NCBI RefSeq assembly: GCF_000315625.1 | Contig: NW_005434633.1 | Location: forward strand, 1 to 64,000 | Length of the DNA: 64,000 nucleotides | Reading direction: 5' to 3' | From: Guillardia theta CCMP2712 | Taxonomy: Eukaryota; Protista; Cryptophyta | Part shown: in pieces, positions 60,798 through 64,000 of the stretch | Layout of the letters: every line of letters begins with the position of its first letter | Numbering within the stretch: position 1 is the stretch's first letter | The notes under the pieces: model-generated | What the model saw: the letters and a program-made list of their open reading frames with translations, nothing else | Told to the model about the DNA's origin: nothing | Database searches by the model: none | Translations under genes and position numbers: made by a program

Positions 60798-63700
60798 ATG
60801 GTAGCTCGCAAGGGCGATGGCGTGAGAGCGCGACCAGTGACGGAACAGATCCTTCTCGAAGCTGCCAGAATCTACGATGCGCGAGATGAGGGCATGGCCA
60901 AAGATCTCAAGTCCTATGCAGCATTCCTCTCGCGTCAGGATGCTTTCACAAAGGTGAGAGGAGAATGGGGGTTGCACGTGGTGAAAGGGCAGAAAAGTCG
61001 GCGAGAGCGAATGTGAGACGTCATGGTTGGCATGATGGATCTCGGATATAATGATGTGTACGAGCAGCTGACGAACTAGGGCTAGATTGTTTTGGGTTAG
61101 AACCAGAAGAATGTGGGGTTGTTGTCTTGAGAAAGACGGGTGCGTTGAGGGTTAGCGGCCGCCGGTGATGGTTGAGATGTAATGAGCCCATGAGTATCTT
61201 CGAGGATGGATCAAGTTTGTGATTCCACTTGACGAGAAATCTTGTAAACCACTCATGTGGTTCTACCTGTAATCTTGAATGTCAACTGGGGCATCATTTG
61301 CTTCTAGAATGTTCCGTAGATGACAGAAGCAAGCGTGCGTGCACAGTGTGTCTTGTGGTCTATCCTTGTGTCCTTGGAGATGTCCGACTTGTTAAATTAA
61401 GTCGTTCTGTTGTTCCAGCATCTTCCCAAGGACCTCCTTGAACGCGCCGTCAACATGCGGCCTCCCAGAGACAGGATCACCTGCCTGCTCATCGGTAACC
61501 ACTCCGCGGGAAAGTCCTCCTTCACCAACTGGTGGGATGAAGAAAGAATCTCTGCTGATCTTCGTGCTGAGCTGACAAGGTTGGCTGGTGCTTCAGGTAC
61601 ATCGGGGAGAAGATCCAGAAGGAGAGTGTTGCGATTGAAACCGCCGGCATCACGATGATCAGGCGTGGAAAGCAGCGCACGACATGGAGGGGGCCCCAGA
61701 CCATGAGCGCATTTCCTCATGTAGATCTCACTTGTTGTTTCTCCCTGATCCCTGAAGGATGTTGCTTCAGATCCAAGGCCTGAAGAAGATCGAGGGCGTG
61801 ACAGATTTCCTCAGTGAGTTTTCATAACACCTTGGATCTCCGAATAACTAGAAGTTGCTGCTGACCATCACATTCCCAGCCACGGAGTTCTCGACTTCGG
61901 AGGAGAAGAACTTTCCTCTCGTGGAGTTCATTGACACTCCTGGGCTCACAGACGGTGTTGTTGCAAAACTCCTACTGTTCCTGTGGTAATGGTGTCAGCA
62001 CAGGGACTCTCAAGTATCCTTTCGATGTTGAGTCGGTCATCTACGAGTTGGCCGAGCATGCGACTATGATCATGGTCTTCCTCGATCCGATCGGCAAGGC
62101 TCTTGTCAGTCGATGCATGAATGTGGTTGAGAAGCTGGCGGTCAACCATTCGGCAAAGATGTCGTATTACCTAACCAAGTTCGACACTGCCGGTAAACTT
62201 GCGGACATTGTGCAGAGGCGAGTGCGTCCGGACTGATGGGATGATGCAGGGGATGAGATCGATCGTACCAACGTCGTCTCACAGATTGTTCAAGAGCTTC
62301 AAGGACGCGTTCGCGCAACCCACGCGCTGAAGCTGCATACTATGTTTTTGCCAGGTTTGCTCGTAGAGTATGATAGAAGCCTTGTCACCTGACAGCTTTC
62401 TGCTGGAAATTTGCAGATCGTGCTGACGAGCAGACGAACCAGAAGGTTTGAAGAACTTGAATAGCAAACTTGGATGCTGACATTCTTCCTCATAGGTGCC
62501 GAACAAGATCGGAGAGTTGTGTCAGAATATTCGCATGGAGATAGACAGCAGAGTTCAAGATGTACGGAGAGCCGCACGACATGACTGCGCTGTGATTGAC
62601 GTCTCTGTTCCAAGGTGCTTGACGAGCTTAGCAAGGACTGCGAGGCGCTGAGCAAGATAGTCGATGAGAAGATCGAGCGCAACAAGAAGTGTGCCAGTCA
62701 CAACGCGGTAGATCGTGACATGAGGTTTCTGTTTCAACGATTTTGATTTGTTTCCTTGTTTTCATAGTTTGCAACCGTATGGAAAGGGGTTTTGTCGTCT
62801 GCTTTCATTGTGTTCCTTTCAATTTTCGTCATTTGGGCGCTTTTGAACTACGCGGACACCGATGTGATCGGAATCTGCGAGCAGCAGGTTTGATATTCTT
62901 CTGCGGGCCACGCTACTCACTCCCCTAGTGCTATTCCTCGTTTTTGTTTCTGTCTGTCTCTGTCTCGAGTGTGTTGACAAGATGTACAAAATGAAACTCC
63001 TGGCGTTGTCTAGGGAGAACATGTCACTGTTCACAAATTGCCTGGTTCTACCATCAAGGTATAGAGGACTCCATGAAAGGAATCTGTTGATATTGTTCAT
63101 TTGTGTATGCTCAACGTCTTTTTTTTTATTTTCTTGTGTTCATCTGATTGTTCCCTCCACGTGTTTCACAAGTCTCTTGTAATGGAACACAACAGGAAGT
63201 GAAGGATCGGCCAGTCAACAAGAACGTATATTGCACGATCTTGCGCTTCGCCGGAGGCGTACCAGCAGCGGTGAGGAGAAGAGATGGGATGAAGACTGAC
63301 AAGAAACTCACAGAGGTTGTCATACACAGGTTCTCCTGATCGTTGGGGTTGTGTGCACTGCTCTGTTGTGGTTGAAGAAGACAAAAGTTGTTGAGCAGGT
63401 GATTTGACGATGGACGACGTGAGGATTTCTGTTCTGAACGTTTTTCTGTCTTTGCAGCTATCCAGCGATGAGATGAGACGTCTGAAGGAGATTCAGGTTG
63501 CTCACGTTTATTCATCTCGTTTTCTTCATCTCGGTCCTGCTCCGCTCCTGCTCCTGCTCCTGCTGCTCTTCTCTGGTGCTCTTGCCTGCTGGTCTTACTC
63601 TCTCCCCCCCCCCCCCCTTCAGGATGACATCCACAACAACATCGAGAAGAGGCACAAGGAGCTCAAGGTGTGTTACTTGTCCCTCCTCATCTTCTCCACT

Positions 63701-63823
63701 GCCTGGTACTCTGTGCGGGGTAGACAATCTGCTTCCTATCCCAATCCCCTTTTCTCCTTCCATGGTAATCATCTGCTACAGAAACGCCTCACCGACGATG
63801 CTCTGGAAGATCATCTGGCCTAA
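60798..63823 (+). CDS. Dynamin-superfamily (EHD/sarcalumenin-like G domain) GTPase with C-terminal transmembrane segments
   Basis: G1 GNHSAGKSS, G2 VAIET, G3 FIDTPG, G4 LTKFD. Helical stalk; hydrophobic segments ILLRATLLTPLVLFL and VLLIVGVVCTALLW; tail ending DDALEDHLA*. Confidence 0.85.
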
Positions 63824-64000
63824 CTTGCCCTTGCCTTGGTGCAACGAAACAGACACTCTTGTTTCAAGTTTCTTGTCGTGTATGGTTTGTTGATATCGGT
63901 AGTTGAATTCCGTCGATCATATTGCTTTACACCGCCATGCTGCTGCATGCCCCTTGCTCTTGTCAAGTTTTGCCTGCATCGAAGTCTAAGACACAGAAAG

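Overview
Gene-dense eukaryotic nuclear DNA. It has short (about 45-60 nt) introns with a CTGAC-type branch motif, many microsatellite-filled introns and two N gaps. The style is consistent with a cryptophyte alga such as Guillardia or Hanusia (inference). The most striking locus is at the left end. A signal-peptide protein with six EF-hands is fused to an ionotropic-glutamate-receptor-type channel carrying a K+ selectivity filter (TSVGYGD). It lies tail-to-tail, 57 bp apart, with a giant ABCC-type protein whose two ATPase sites both look dead and which is fused to SEA-like, RhoGAP-like, ankyrin and PH domains. Recognisable genes in order: an FkbM methyltransferase, D-lactate dehydrogenase (needing GA-AG introns), an acylated cNMP-binding/MIB-HERC2-like protein, an NHL-repeat protein, an equilibrative nucleoside transporter, IFT22, a divergent Rh-type ammonia channel, a tandem Zn2Cys6 protein and a membrane-anchored dynamin-superfamily GTPase. 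Decayed or repeated elements: an aquaporin fragment, a three-copy tandem array of an intronless unknown ORF whose unit includes the 3' end of IFT22, an intronless possibly viral gene pair, and a non-LTR retrotransposon with a clean 321-bp internal inversion. Intergenic regions share a recurring TACCC-rich / AT-rich / GAGTC-CCGG architecture. Exon structures and family calls come from manual reading and motif recognition; no database searches were run.
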